A DNA stretch of 63,195 bases, filler included, from Reticulomyxa filosa (taxonomy: Eukaryota > Protista > Foraminifera): the NCBI GenBank assembly GCA_000512085.1. It is 20 parts of 20 records of this genome, joined end to end, with 100 filler letters (N's around TTAATTAATTAA, not from the genome) between each part and the next. Parts side by side here need not be neighbours in the genome. Positions count along the whole stretch, not along the records: positions 24,372 to 25,424 come from ASPP01004494.1; positions 25,525 to 27,216 come from ASPP01020805.1; positions 27,317 to 28,556 come from ASPP01038570.1; positions 28,657 to 37,794 come from ASPP01003854.1; positions 37,895 to 38,990 come from ASPP01014671.1; 15 more parts are not named here. The stretch is one strand, 5' to 3'. The translations under genes were made by a program, and so were the position numbers. Positions 24,372-37,929 of the stretch are shown here, in pieces (positions within the stretch are counted from its first letter, which is position 1; the number at the start of each line of letters is the position of its first letter). The notes under the pieces are model-generated. The model was not told the DNA's origin. It did not search any database and saw only the letters and a list, made by a program, of their open reading frames with translations.

Positions 24372-25319
24372 AAAGAAGAAGAAGAATATCCAAGTATCTC
24401 CCTTCCATCTTTGGTAACAAAGGCCGTAGCGGAAACACCAAGCAAAACACAAAATGGCACTTGTGTGGCCAAAAAATCGGTGACAACGGAGCAACATGAA
24501 GACCATAAAAAAGAAGACATTGTCCGAGTGCCCAAATCGAATGCAAATGGCAGTCCCACAAAACTCAATGGATTTTCTTGTGCGTCTTATACTTTGCTGT
24601 ATTGTTTATACAGCGACACCACAACCAAGGATAAAAAATATATTTCTATATCTATCTTTTTGTCCCTTTGGGTGTCCACAATTGTGTATTTTGAAAACGG
24701 ATAATTGAACATTGACACACACAATAAGCGCAGCGCCGAATAGACAAGGGACTAACCAAAATGGGGTCATTGCAAAAACAAAACAAGCGAACGGTAGCGT
24801 TGTAACCAAAACCAACGAATCCCCAAAACCAAAACAACAATCGTACTCACCAAATTCGTCACCCAATCGCCAAGTCTTATCACTTCCCTGGCTATGTGAG
24901 GTCCTGGAAAACGGGGACAATGTTACCTCGCCTGTCGGATTGACGAATTTGGGAAATACCTGTTTTCTGGTATTTCTATTTTATCTTTTTTTCCTCTGTT
25001 GTGTTCTCATTTTTTAAACATACATACCATACATTTATGAACTCAGAATTCCACATTGCAATGTCTGGCACACACATCGCTGTTGCGACGATATTTTTTG
25101 CAAGACAGCAAATGGTGTAGCCATCTGAATCGCAGAAATCCGATCGGATACGAAGGCCAAATCGCATTGCATTTTGCGAAACTGTTATGTCTCACTGTCA
25201 AACGCGCTGTCATTTCACCTGGAGAATTGATTCACCGTTTTACTGGGTCGTTGAGAAGCTTTTCCAATGGCAGACAGCACGACGCACAAGAGTTTCTTAC
25301 CAATTTCTTGGACGGTTAA
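24372..25319 (+). CDS. Ubiquitin-specific protease (C19/USP) fragment, multi-exon
   Basis: Cys box GLTNLGNTCFL|NSTLQCLAH reconstructed across intron ~24970-25046; QHDAQEFL..FLDG motif. Confidence 0.9.
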
Positions 25320-25524
25320 GCAAGAAAAGTTGTTCAAGGGGATGTCCTTTGCGAAGTTCTTTTTTGTCTACTGCACGAGAAGGGATTAAATAAGAAGGGG
25401 AAATAATAATAATAATAATAATAANNNNNNNNNNNNNNNNNNNNNNNNNNNNNNNNNNNNNNNNNNNNTTAATTAATTAANNNNNNNNNNNNNNNNNNNN
25501 NNNNNNNNNNNNNNNNNNNNNNNN

Positions 25525-26579
25525 ACCTGGTTCTTCTTCTTCTTCTTCTTCTTCTTCTTCTTCTTCTTCGTTGTCTTTGGCTCCAGGCTCTGATTTGTTT
25601 TTTTGCATTTTTGTTTATCTTTGTACTTGTGCTTTGCAATGGTCTTCCTTCTTTCGCATGATGGACGTCTCTCATCTCTTCATCCGAGTCATCACTATCA
25701 TTACTATTATCATTATCATTATCAGCAGTAGCAGTAGCAGCATTGCGAGTGGAGGAAGTGGTTGAATTGGCCGAGATGTGACCCCAGACAATAGACTCCC
25801 ATTGCTTCCAGTCAATCATAGTAAAGGCGTCGGCAATGACATGGGCCAAAGTGTCCCAAATGTGTTGCTTGAGGGCCAATGAGGCTTGTGTTTGTGGGGA
25901 CAGCAAGAGACGATACACGATGGAGATAATGGTTCGATTAATGGAAAACACGCGCAAGCAACTGTTGAAAGCACCTTGCCAAAGGTTGGACTCGATGCTA
26001 ATGTGGTCGCCCACTTCGCGATGCAGGTCGCATGTATTTTGAAGCAAGACGAGAACTTGACACCATTTGATAAGGATGTCTCGTCGATGAGAAAATAGAT
26101 AAGGCACGACCGTGTCATTGGTCAGAATATACCTGATATCAAACAACGTCGTGGTCATACTACGGTCCTTCTTTCCGATAGCCAAGACTGCTTTGCGGGT
26201 ATGCCTGTTTTGCGCTCGACTTTGTGGGGTTGTCCTCGGCTGTCCTTTTTCATCCACGTCATTCTTTTCGTTCATCAGCTCAAATGCGTTCTGATTGCTT
26301 GGCCCTTTCGTCAGATTCGGCGGAGTGGTGTCGCACAGAAAGTGCATCAGACTATTCATCACAATTTCCAGCAAATTATGTGTTCGAGACACCCCGCATG
26401 TCATCGATGGAATGGTAAACAGCTGTACTGATAAATTGAAGAACGTTTCTCTCCCATCTGTAATGCTCAAATTCGTGGCCAACTTTTGATATGCAAATGT
26501 AAACACTTGACACATACGATGTTTCAATGGGGGGATACACATTAATGCAAACCATATATCATTCAATGATTCTCGATAG

Positions 26580-26620
<41 letters not shown>

Positions 26621-27065
26621 TATATGTATATAATTATTAAAAGTAAATCAGATACGTAAAATAATATGTTTCAATAAAATGACTCAACTCCTCCAGCGCA
26701 AAATCGTTCATAACGAAATGCCAAATCGGAGTTTTGGTTTCATGAACAAACTCTGGCGTTTTGTAACGGTTGTGATAATCTGTGGGTACATTTGTTCCCA
26801 ATGACTTATGTGTGGGTAGATCCGTCCACTCTTTTCCATCGTCAACCCAACCTGGGATTTTCACTTCCAAAGAGTACGTATCATAAAAGGGAGTGTCGCA
26901 ATTCCCCAAATTATCCGCATCCTGCATCAAACACTGTGCGATCACGCGGCGCAATATTTCGCTCTTCATCCACGCGCTCAGTTCTTTCAGCAGACCGGCC
27001 ACAAGTGTATTCGATATCACACGAACATACTTATTGTCTTTTATGTTCAATATTGACGTGCTCAT
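25525..27065 (-). CDS. UBR1: UBR1/PRT6-like N-end-rule E3 ligase, internal exons
   Basis: FNLSVQLFTIPSM motif, then DIRYIL and REVGDHISIESNLWQGAFN, typical of the UBR1/2 N domain; intron ~26650-26584. Confidence 0.7.
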
Positions 27066-27799
27066 ATTATTTCCTTCCCATATCTTTTTTTTTTTTTTTT
27101 TTAATTGGTGTTGATCGTCAAAACTGGTTATAGCAATGAGGACAAAAAAAAGGGGGGAAAAAAAAAGGGAGGAAAAAAAAAGGGAGGAAAAAAAAAAAAA
27201 AAAAAAAAAAAAAAAANNNNNNNNNNNNNNNNNNNNNNNNNNNNNNNNNNNNNNNNNNNNTTAATTAATTAANNNNNNNNNNNNNNNNNNNNNNNNNNNN
27301 NNNNNNNNNNNNNNNNCATTGATAATTGGTGAATAGAGAGAGATTATTGCATTTTCTGGCCCCATTACTGCAATGGCTATTTGCCTTGCGTTCGTCAAAA
27401 GAGCGCATGTAATCTTTGCTGGACTGTCTCCAGGATCGACTATTGACGACTGGTAACGTGTTGAACAGCACTCAAGAAAGCAAGCAAGAAGAACAATAGC
27501 GAATACGTCAAAAAAAAAGGAAATACAAATGATACCTTAACTCATTGGATCGTCAGCCCAAAAATTGTTAAATGGACGTATGTTGATGGATGCAAGAATT
27601 TCCAACAACGACAGTTATCCAAGGTCAAATTGTGTATCTTATTACAATGGTGATGATAGCGAATGAATTTGGTATTTAGAAAATATCTATTGCGTATGAC
27701 TGCATTGGAACAATCGAAGAGTGAGAGGAAAGTATGATAAACTCTTGGCAACAAAGAGTCATTGCACAAAGACCAAATCGAGACCAATTCAAATAAGAG

Positions 27800-28540
27800 T
27801 TGCATCATTTGAAAACATCACCTCCTCCAACTTTGCAAAACATTCGACCAGTGAACGGAAGCAATGATGAAATATTTTTGGACGATATCAAAAAAGCAAG
27901 TGAAGACAAAGAACGAGAAAGCGATGAAGATGCAGAAATGAATGACGATGAGTACAAAGACAAAGACAAAGACATAAAGCCAAACCCGGATGCGCAAAAA
28001 GCGTGGTGGTAAATTTGGTTGACGTGGCTGTCGGCGATCGAGTTCGAGTCTTGGGAAACAAAACAAGAGTTGTGCACTATCTTGGCGATATGGAGCTTTC
28101 GAATGAAAAACTTATTGAAATTGAGCTGGATAGTTGGCATCCTAACATAATCGACCGAACTGTGCGAGGAAAGACTTATTTCAAAGTTAGTTTCAATTTA
28201 TTTGTGTATTTATTCTTGTTTTGTTTTAATTTTATCTTATTGTATTCTACTTCGTTGTGGAGAATCTATGATTGATTTATTTATCTTAGAAAAAAATAAA
28301 TAAATAAGTACTTGATTATTGTGGATTTTATTTTGATTTAGGAAAGCAAACTGATGACAACAACAATAACGACCTCTGCAATCGCCATTGCGGTCCGAAA
28401 ACCTCAAACACGATCCTCCAATTGAAACCATTCGAGCGCAACGATCACATAATCTTCGTCAATGGAGACAACAGATATTGTCACATGGGTTATCCTCTTT
28501 TTTTCGAGGACAAAGTTATTGGCATTGAACTAGATTTGTC
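27800..28540 (+). pseudogene. Degenerate tandem CAP-Gly gene
   Basis: VAVGDRVRV..VHYLG..LIEIELDSWHP..RTVRGKTYF; frameshift near 28005; broken second repeat (VIGIELD) near 28520. Confidence 0.5.
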
Positions 28541-28667
28541 TTTTTAGAAACAATTTNNNNNNNNNNNNNNNNNNNNNNNNNNNNNNNNNNNNNNNNNNNN
28601 TTAATTAATTAANNNNNNNNNNNNNNNNNNNNNNNNNNNNNNNNNNNNNNNNNNNNTTTTTTTTTGT

Positions 28668-29318
28668 TTACCTGTTTTCTTGGATTAATGGAGATTGAGC
28701 CAAACGAGGGACAAAGCTATTTAATATATCCCCAACGAATCGCGGAAGTAAAAAGCAAAGGCAATTAAGCCATTGATAGCTAACAACAGTAAAGAAAGAG
28801 ACCACTCCATCGATGCCAGTGTGATCACCAACATCGATCGAAATGATACGTTCATACATATTTTTCGGTCAAATTTGCAAGCGAGATAACCGACAACACT
28901 TCCCCAATCATGAATCATTAATGTCACTTTCTCATTTTGCGATTCCTTGCGATTCAATATCTGTGTTTCTACGCAGGTGTTCACGCTTTTCGCCAACTCG
29001 ACCAAATCGTAACCCCATGAGTTTATGCCTTCATAATTTTTCGCTTTCATATCATAGTTAGGCAAGGTTATGCGATAACAATCGTATTTCTTTGTCAGCT
29101 CTGGGATCTGATACTTCCACAACGAGGCATTATCCGGCCATCCGTGAATTAACACAATCTTCTTTGGAGGAGTACTGCCCTCATTTACACACTTATCCAC
29201 GATAAAATCAATGGGGGCCGGTTTACGACTTTTCATTACGTTATAGTGCACAACCAACCATAATATCCAAACAGAAAGTATCACAAAAATCCATGTTGTT
29301 AGTGTCCAGTCCGTCATG
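28668..29318 (-). CDS. Membrane-anchored alpha/beta hydrolase (epoxide hydrolase-like), with a 1-nt frameshift near 28865; 3'-truncated
   Basis: N-terminal TM, IVLIHGWPD oxyanion motif, IHDWGS nucleophile elbow; continues as MYERIISIDVGDH in another frame. Confidence 0.8.
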
Positions 29319-29839
29319 ATACCTTTTATCTTTATAGAATTCTTGACACAGTTGAACGAAGGCCTCCTAAGTGTTTTTTTTAGTGACCTTACATTATTCT
29401 TGAGCACGGCCGATTTTGGCTTACAGCCCTATGCATATGAGACCTATTCTTATTTATTGCTTTTCTATGGTCGCATTAACTCAAAAATGCAAAAAATAAA
29501 GGCATATTCTGATAGCTGTGACAATCCCAAATAACACAAGATAGTTTGTGTTTGAAAGTAATGATAAGTTTGGTGTAAATCAACAAGACTTATTTCACAA
29601 AGAGCAAAGGAACGAGGCCACACGATGAAATTGTTTTTTAGTTTTGCATTTGGTTTCTTTTTTCAAAAAAAAAAAAGAAATTCCAAAAATGTGAGAACCA
29701 CCATAACCACAACTCTTTCACACATCAGGCACCTTAGTTTGCCATATTCTTATTTTAGTTTTGTTTGCATTTGTGCGGAAAAAATTAAAAAATTAGTGGA
29801 TAATGACCCAACCTTGCTCACACATGGTTCATTTCAACT

Positions 29840-30701
29840 AAATTCAAGCAAAAGAGGGTACTGGTGCATCAACATTATTTCTTCCTTGTTCCCATTCTCT
29901 GACTCTCTTGAAATATTCGCGTTCTTTTTGTTCTGGGGACAATCGTGCCGCTTCACGTTCCGAACTGCTTCGGAATACCCAAGGCAATGTGTTCTTAGCT
30001 TGTTGTTCTTGCAAGTATGATTCCTATCGAGTATAATTCAACATATGTTTTTTTTATCCCTCAAAGACCTACTGATTTTTCTTTTTCATGTGTAAGTCTC
30101 CTTTTTCTTTTTTTTTAAGAAAAAAAAACATACTTTAGCAGCTTGCAAAAAGCGCTCATAGGTTTGTTGGAACAAGTTCACGTCGAATACAACACTTTCG
30201 GAAGACAATTTAGCTTTGTCCAGTGTTGAAAATTGATGCAATGCTTCTGACGTAAACGTATCCCTTTCGCTCTTTTGATCCAATTGTCGCAATGTTCCTT
30301 CCAGTGCTTGTTTGTGGAATTGTTTTTCGGCATCGCGTTGGGCTGATGTCTCTTCACTTATTTTCTACCACCCAGTCAACCACATAATTCAAATACAAGT
30401 ATTTGATGACTCATCAAAATTCAACATGTTTATTATCTCTCAAAGGACACAAAACATCTTGCAATTTTTTCAAAGTTCCGTCGATAATGCGTGAAACGCG
30501 GTTGCTCAAGCTCTTTTGCAATACTTTTTCAGACAACGTGTCCCGATAGGCCATTAAGCTAAGCAAGACTTGTTTTTCGTCCGGTTTGGTTGCAAGAGCT
30601 TCCAATTTCTCGTGTAATTCCTTCACAGCTTCTGTGGCTGCAAAGTATTTTCGATCAAATTGTTCTTGGACTGCGGTTCCTTCAACTGTTTTGCAATTCA
30701 A
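29840..30701 (-). CDS. Multi-exon helical/coiled-coil protein of unknown function
   Basis: Coding-like ORFs 30414..30701 and 30086..30292 plus a segment near 29850-30030, separated by AT-rich intron-like tracts. Confidence 0.45.
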
Positions 30702-30897
30702 ACCATATTAATCATGTTTTTTAAAATTATATTCCAAAAAAAAAATTATTATTATTATGACAATATACCATTCACAAATGTGTGATATATTATATACAAT
30801 GTATAATATGTGATGTAAAATAACAAATAATCAATCATTTAAAAAAATTCTTTTTTGCAAAAAATGCAATAAACACTCATTAAAGTCTAATTTTTGC

Positions 30898-31985
30898 TCA
30901 ACTCCAAGTAAACCAATCGGCAAAAATGGCCATACCAACACCAAAGAAACTCCACGTCAAAACGCCTTCCCAAACATCGTGAGATGTGAACACCACCTGT
31001 TCTTTCGTCAGCCATAATACAAGGAACGTGGCAAACACCGCATGTCCATTCCAAGTTTTCCAAATTGAAGAGGTTTCCGGTGGCAATTCACGGAAGTTTG
31101 CCAAACTGCCACGACTACGTCGCACTTGCTCTGCTGTTAAAAATTGCACTGGGGGGATTCTTTATCATTTTGTACAACACACACACATTACATACAATTA
31201 AAGATTATCATCATTGGTTTTAATGATTTGGTTCACATCAAATGTTCCACATTCCATTTCCATTACACACACACATACATAAATACTTAGAGACAGAAAC
31301 AAAGCGAACAGACTCACGGTTGTCTTTTCACTGGGCTGTAAAGGTCTCCGTTGATGTAGTTCGAAGGATTGATTTTCTTACCTCGGCCAAACTGAGCACC
31401 TTCTTCGTTTGGTGTTCCATAATGAATAAAGGCTATTTTACATTCCAAAAAAAAAGAATTCTTTTTTGCCCCTTTCTAAAAAAAAAAAAAAATAACAAAT
31501 CTTTTTTTTAAGTTCATTGGAAAGGGAAGGGGAAAAAAAATAAATGCTAAATGAAACACCTCCGAATAACCGATGTTTTGTTAGGTGTCTTTTTTGTGAA
31601 AGGGGCGCTGAAAGGGAGCAAAAAAAAAAATTTTTTATAAAAAAAATTAACGTCGGTCGGTTTGGTCTTCCCATCCGAATTCATTCCACAGTGCATTGTA
31701 TTCGTCAGTGTTGCGGTATTTTTTGTCATATTTCTTCATTCGCTCTTCGATTTCGTCCAAGTACAATTCCTCTTTTTCAAATTCGTCGTCTTTGGCGGAA
31801 GGAGGCTTGTGAATGGCATCGTAGTGCTGAATTGCGCCTTGATACATAAAATCACTTGTTGGCCATGGGCGGTACGGGCCGTCTCCTGCTGACGACTGTC
31901 GGCGCTGGAAATTGAAATGCAATAACCCTTGAAAAACTTGAGGTCTTCTGCATTTCAACAAATGAGCAGATTTATAAAGAGACAT
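30898..31985 (-). CDS. Three-exon protein (~235 aa) with mitochondrial-presequence-like N terminus and two C-terminal TM helices
   Basis: Exons ~31985-31653, ~31431-31318 and ~31160-30898 join through GT-AG introns with matching phases (1, then 2); the N terminus is Arg/Ser/Leu-rich and acid-free. Confidence 0.6.
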
Positions 31986-32271
31986 GGCTTGAACTTATTT
32001 CACCAATTAAGTCAAGGAGGAAAAAATGGATTTTTTCAAAAACAAAAAAGGCTGTGTGGTGTTGTTTTGGTAACTTGTGCTGTTACTTTGTATTTTATCA
32101 TGGTTATTGAAGTTATAACATTAACAGTTATTTAATTTCACAGAATAAAAAAAGTTTGTGGGTCAGCAAAGTTATACTTCAATTACTTCTTTATGAGGAA
32201 AAAAACTTAAACAGTTAGTGTTTTGTTTTCTTCTTTGTTGTAAATTGGTTAGTGTTTAAAGGTGAATTCTA

Positions 32272-34527
32272 ATGTTGACAACAACACCTGAAGAGAGTCG
32301 TTTATCGCTTTGGTGTAATAACAACAAGTTTCCTTATTTCAATGCTTTAAAATTTGAAGCAGGAATTGAAACAGTAGAAGATTTGAAAAAGATATCAAGT
32401 GAAGAATTGGAAGACTTAACAGAATTGTTGAAACTAAATGGTGAAAAAAAGGAAGAGTTTGTGAAAGCGGTCAAGGCATTGCCAACTTCTTCTCCAATCC
32501 AAGTTTTTTTCTTTTGTAGAGACATATTCTTTTTAAGAGTTTTGTATGGAGTCATTTTTTTGCAAAAAAAAGAGCTGGTGTGACTCCATAAATTTGGGAC
32601 AATTTGGCAACAAATTGATTAATGTTGGAATAACTAACCCGATACAATTAGCAAAAATGAATGAAAGAATTAAATGATATTATTGCAACAATTGGATTAA
32701 AGTTAGGCTTCAAACAGATATTCTTGAAAAAGGTAGCCGAGCTAAAAACAAAAGAAAATGAGGAAATCAAAGGAAAAGAAAGTATAGAGGGATTGACTAA
32801 TTCTCAATCACTCAAAGCTAATCAAGAAGTTATCAGACATTACAATTATTGTATTATTTTTTTATTTTAATTTTACTTAAGTGTATAAACAAAAAAAATT
32901 GAAATAATAGCAAGTCAAAACTTCTAGTAAAAAGAAAGATGATCAAAAAGGTATAATACCTGTATCTTTCAAATCGAAAGAGCCTGCAAGCAATAATGGA
33001 AGAAATATTCGCAGGATTATGGTTATTGGAGAAACTGGTAGTGGTAAAACAACAATGTTGAATTCAATGATGAATTATCTGTTTGATGTCCAATTTGAAG
33101 ATAAATTTCGATATAAATTGATATTTGATGAAAAAAACGCAAAGAAATCAGATCAAAGTCAGAGCCAAACAGCATACGTAACTCCATATTTTATAGAGTT
33201 GCCGAAAGATAAGTTTGATTATGATCTAAATGTAATTGACACTTGAGGATTTGGTACTCATGATCCTACTGTAGACAAGAAAATTACAGGAGATATCAAA
33301 GAATACCTTGAAAGTATTGAATCAATACACATTGTATGTTTTGTGATTCGAGCTTCAAATGGCAGACTCGCCGTTAGTCAGAAGTACGTATTTGATTGCA
33401 TTTTGAAATTGTTTGCACAAAATATTGCAGAGAATATTTTTATTTTATTTACATTTGCTGATGGAAATAAACCGGTAGCTTTGTCTGCGGTTATTGATTA
33501 TAACGTGAAATTTGCCAAATATTTTAAACTGAATAACAGTGCTTTTTACAATGGATTTGAAACTGACTCTAAAGATAATACCTTAGAAGATATCGATCAA
33601 GAATTTACATCAATGTTTTGGAAATTAGGAATGAAAAGCTTTGAACAGCTGTTTATAGAAGTAAGCAGAATATCTCCTAAATCATTAACATTGACAAAAG
33701 AAGTATTAAAGGAAAGACAAGCATTGGAAGTGTATGTTATTCGCATGAAAGACAGAGTAACAAAGGGAACGAGCCAACTAACAGAACTTCGCCAATTAAT
33801 ACAAGCTTATGCAGACAATGAAGATATTATTAACTCCAATAAAAATTATCAAATTTCTGTGCAAAGACTTGCCTTTGAGAGAGTCTCTCTGCCTTCTGGT
33901 GTTTATTCTAACATATGTCAAAACTGCAATCGTACGTGCCATGAAAATTGTAGTACTCCAAATAACTCAGACAAAACTGGATGCTTTGCAATGTCTAATG
34001 GCTATTGCACTGTGTGTCCTGGAAAATGCCATTGGTCACATCACTCCAATCTACCTTTTGTCTACAGACGTTATGTTACAACTGAAGTAGTTACTCATAA
34101 TGAATTGAAAAAAAATTATGTGACAGCAACAAATAATAAGAGAAAGTTAGACCAGATGATCGATGCAATGACAAAAGAATTTAGTAATATTCAACAAGAT
34201 GTGTATGAACAAATTAACAACATTAAGAAATCATTGGACAGATTAAATCAGATCGCATTGCGGCCAAACGCTGCTATGCTAGAAGATTATTTAGATATAG
34301 TCATTGAAAATGAACAACATGAAAACAAAACAGGTTCGCAAGAAAGAGTGAAACAATTCCAACAAATAAAAGAAGAACAAAAATATTTAGCACGAGTATT
34401 AAAGGGAGAATATAAACCATGGGAAAAAGAACTTGAAGACATTCGTAACCGCAAAGTTGCAGACATCGGATTAAAATTACAATAAAGTAATGAAGGTCAA
34501 AAGACTAAGTCCTGGGAGTTTTGGTGA
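32272..34527 (+). pseudogene. SAM-SAM + AIG1/septin-like P-loop GTPase + Cys-rich + coiled-coil gene with three lesions
   Basis: G1 GETGSGKT; G3 IDT*GFG (TGA 33244-33246, in frame with 33343..34485); LFTFAD; CQNCNRTCH..CTVCPGKCHWSHH; frameshift near 32663 in SAM2; TAA at 34483 before in-frame ...KSWEFW*. Confidence 0.75.
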
Positions 34528-37500
34528 TATTTTTATCACAAATATGCTATCTTACAAGAACATAAGTAAATCAATCGCAAATGCAATACAATTTTAAAAT
34601 TAGCGTAATTCATTACTTTAATTTTTAACACTCATTTACATCAATCTTCACAAATTTTGAACAATTTTAATGTTTTTCGGAATGTTGTTTACAAATGCTC
34701 TTTACAGATATCAGCAATCTATTGAAAAGCGCGTCATTTTGTAAAAAAATAATATACATAAAATGCCACTTTACGAAGACCTATTTCTCTGATGTAGGAA
34801 CAGTGAGGTACGACTCAGTGTAATATGAGGAAACTTTGTTTCAAGAACAAAATTTCAGTAAATGAAATTAATTAAACAAAAAAAATTCACAAAAGGCAAA
34901 GAATACAAGAAAAACAAGAAAAAAGAAAATGCTTGTAGAGAGATGCAAGAAAGAGAGCTAAGCTAAAGTAAAACGTACAAGAAAATTGAGGATAAAAAAG
35001 AATGTTTTATTTTATGAGTTGAGTTATTACAACTCTGGAGTCAGTTATGACTCATGTATCACTACATGCTGTTATAATAAACACTGATTTTGTTTCGAAA
35101 GTGAATAAATTAATGCTAGAATCACAGACAGTGTGATCGCATTTGAATATAAAGCTTCTTAAATGTTGAGCTAAAAGATTGAGTGATCTTGATCATTTTT
35201 AAGTGTATTTATTTTGAGTTATATTTTATTAAAAAAATACATGTATTATGTACAAACACCGAGCTGAAAGAATAAGCGAAGAACTTTTGATTTACGGCAG
35301 TTTTTTCAGCTATACAGATAGTTGTACAATATTATAGGTGAATCTGTTAACAAGGCCTTTGCTACTTGGCTACTGAATGTATTAACTTTTTTCCAAAATT
35401 AACTTAATGAGCAAATATTAACCAATTGGTTCTGTAATGTGAGAACATCATATTATGTATAGACAATAGCCTAGTTTTGATGGCCTTTCTTTCTAGTGAT
35501 GATCCATTATGTTACATTTTAATTCAAATTAGAGATCAAACAATTTTAACAAAAAAAACAACAATACCTGTTATTTGTTATTAAGTTTCCCCACAATTTC
35601 CTACTCTGTCAACTAAATAACATTATGATTCTTGACTAATTGATACATATGAAAAATGAGAAATATAATGTGTATAATCAGACAAAAAAGTTAATTTCAA
35701 TTGTTGTAGCTGATGAACTTAAAATAATATCTTTTTTATTTATTCACTTTAGAATAATAAATAAAAGGCTTCATGATTAATAGAGAAAAGTTGTTTTCAA
35801 TTTGGTTAAAGTGATATAACATCCAAGATAAGTTTACTATGAAATTGGTGAAGATAGAGATATAGCATTAATCTGAATGTCAGGAGAGATCACATTTGAC
35901 AAACATATTTGTTTGGGTTACCTTCTTTCGGGTGTATTAGATTACACTGTCCCTCTTTTTTTTCCCGGCAACTATTGTGCTTTCACAAATGAATGCATTT
36001 GCAAAGGAATTCTTGAGAGTGAGCTCCATATTGTGCAAGCAAGTTGAAATGACTCACTTGGCTTACTTTTACAAAAGGTTATTTAGTTCATAAGACTTAG
36101 ATCACACGTGAACCTTTGCAACTCACTCACATAAAGACAATTTTTTTATCATATGATTGCACAGCTCAAAAAAATTAGACTGAGTCTGACATGTGATGCA
36201 AAAGATAATAAGAGATTGTATAATGTTAAATTTGCTTGAACAGATTTTTTTCTCTTGGTACGTCTGTTGCGTTTGCTTCTTTACGTACTTCATGCAAGCC
36301 ACACTGAACTACAGATTTTGACATCAAAAGCATCTAACTTGGGAAAATGAGTTTCTTATGCATAGATACAAAAACCTGTACGATGGAAAAGAATATCTGA
36401 AAATATTGCTTGCGAAGTAATACCTTTTTTTATACGTGAACTATGTCAAGATATAGCTCTTTTTTTTTGACTCTGCAACTGTAAATCTTCATCTATGACA
36501 TATACAGCCACAAAATCTAAAAAATCAAAAACTTTTGAATGAAAATAATACAAAGAAAAAAGAAAAAATAGCAAAAAAAGATTCACCTAAAAAATTCTAG
36601 TTTATCCACAAATGTGGATTATAATACATTAGTTTGCAAAAAAACTTTACACCAAAAAAAAAGTGCTTTTTTAATATTTGACTTGTATATCTTTATTGAA
36701 AATTAAGTAATTTTGTAGACACATAGGACAAATCACATACTATCTTACTATATGTTGTAATATCTTATCTCTTGCATTTGAAAGATTATACATTCAATTT
36801 TTTTAGCTAGCTTTTATAGTATGACTTTTTTTATTATATCTCTATCAAAATGTAAATAAAAAATAATCCATTTAACAAACGTTTACACTTGTGTTTAAAA
36901 GAAGCTTTTATGTGATAAGATTATATGCTGTCAGCTCTTTGTTGTGTGAAAATCCACTTTAGTTTAAGTATTTTTTGTTATTTGTTAAATTAATTTTAAG
37001 CATTTGTGTATTTGCAACCACGTTTGTTGTCTTTTTTTTTATTACTGTTTTAATTGTTTTGCTCCTTTGAATTTTACAAAAAGTTTTCTGAGCCTGCAAA
37101 TGTGATTAACTTCGAACACATACAACTCGAACTTGCACATCATTGAATCCGTTCTCGAGTGTCTCCTCGTGTATGATCAAAAGCTATAAATGACCTTCGC
37201 TAATTCGCTCAAATTGGATCAATAGATAAGATCTACCTAAAAGAAGATTAGATTTTTATTTTATTTGAACTAAAAAAAGGGCAACAAAAACGGAACAACG
37301 TTAATGTATTAATCATATTTTGATGTTTTTTATTTGCCTGTTTGCATTTTTCTTTTTCGAAAAAATGTATTGTTTTTGTTGTAGCTGAGACTGATTAAAT
37401 AAATTTTTTATAAATAAAGGAAACTCATAATAAAATCTAGTTGTTTCCACATATTTCTAGTAATAAAGAAAGCACATTAACAATTTTGTACTGCTGACTT

Positions 37501-37627
37501 CTTGTACCATACATTTTAATAAATGTTTTTGGGCGGTTTACAGTTTTTTTCGTCACAAAGTTTTTTTTCTTACTGTCCTTGTTTTTAAGTACTATAATTC
37601 GTCTTTTTTACTTTTTAAGTGTCAAAA

Positions 37628-37794
37628 ATGGAACAAATTGTTAGTATCCAAAACGACATGATCTCAAACAAGAATGTCGACAATCACTTGGTACGCGAAC
37701 AAGAAAGCGTCCGAGATTCAGACAGGCTTGACCAAAACCGCTTGCGAGTTCAAACCCTTTCGGTTCCAACGTTGGAACCGAAAGGGTTTGAATT
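37628..37794 (+). CDS. Gene start of unknown function, truncated by contig end
   Basis: ATG followed by an open coding-like frame up to the linker. Confidence 0.4.
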
Positions 37795-37929
37795 NNNNNN
37801 NNNNNNNNNNNNNNNNNNNNNNNNNNNNNNNNNNNNNNTTAATTAATTAANNNNNNNNNNNNNNNNNNNNNNNNNNNNNNNNNNNNNNNNNNNNTTTTTT
37901 TTTTTTTTTTTTAAATAAAAAAGGTGGCT

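Noticed and set aside
24372-27065. USP next to UBR1 as a ubiquitin gene cluster
   Set aside because: Separated by an artificial linker, so the adjacency is meaningless
33244-33246. Genome-wide TGA/TAA reassignment (alternative genetic code)
   Set aside because: In-frame stops replace different residues (Pro, Gly, Trp), and intact genes end in TGA (53100, 46778), TAA (53436) and TAG (56297)
34800-37600. Long ORF-free region as a possible RNA gene or transposon
   Set aside because: I found no cloverleaf, terminal repeats or recognisable domain by eye
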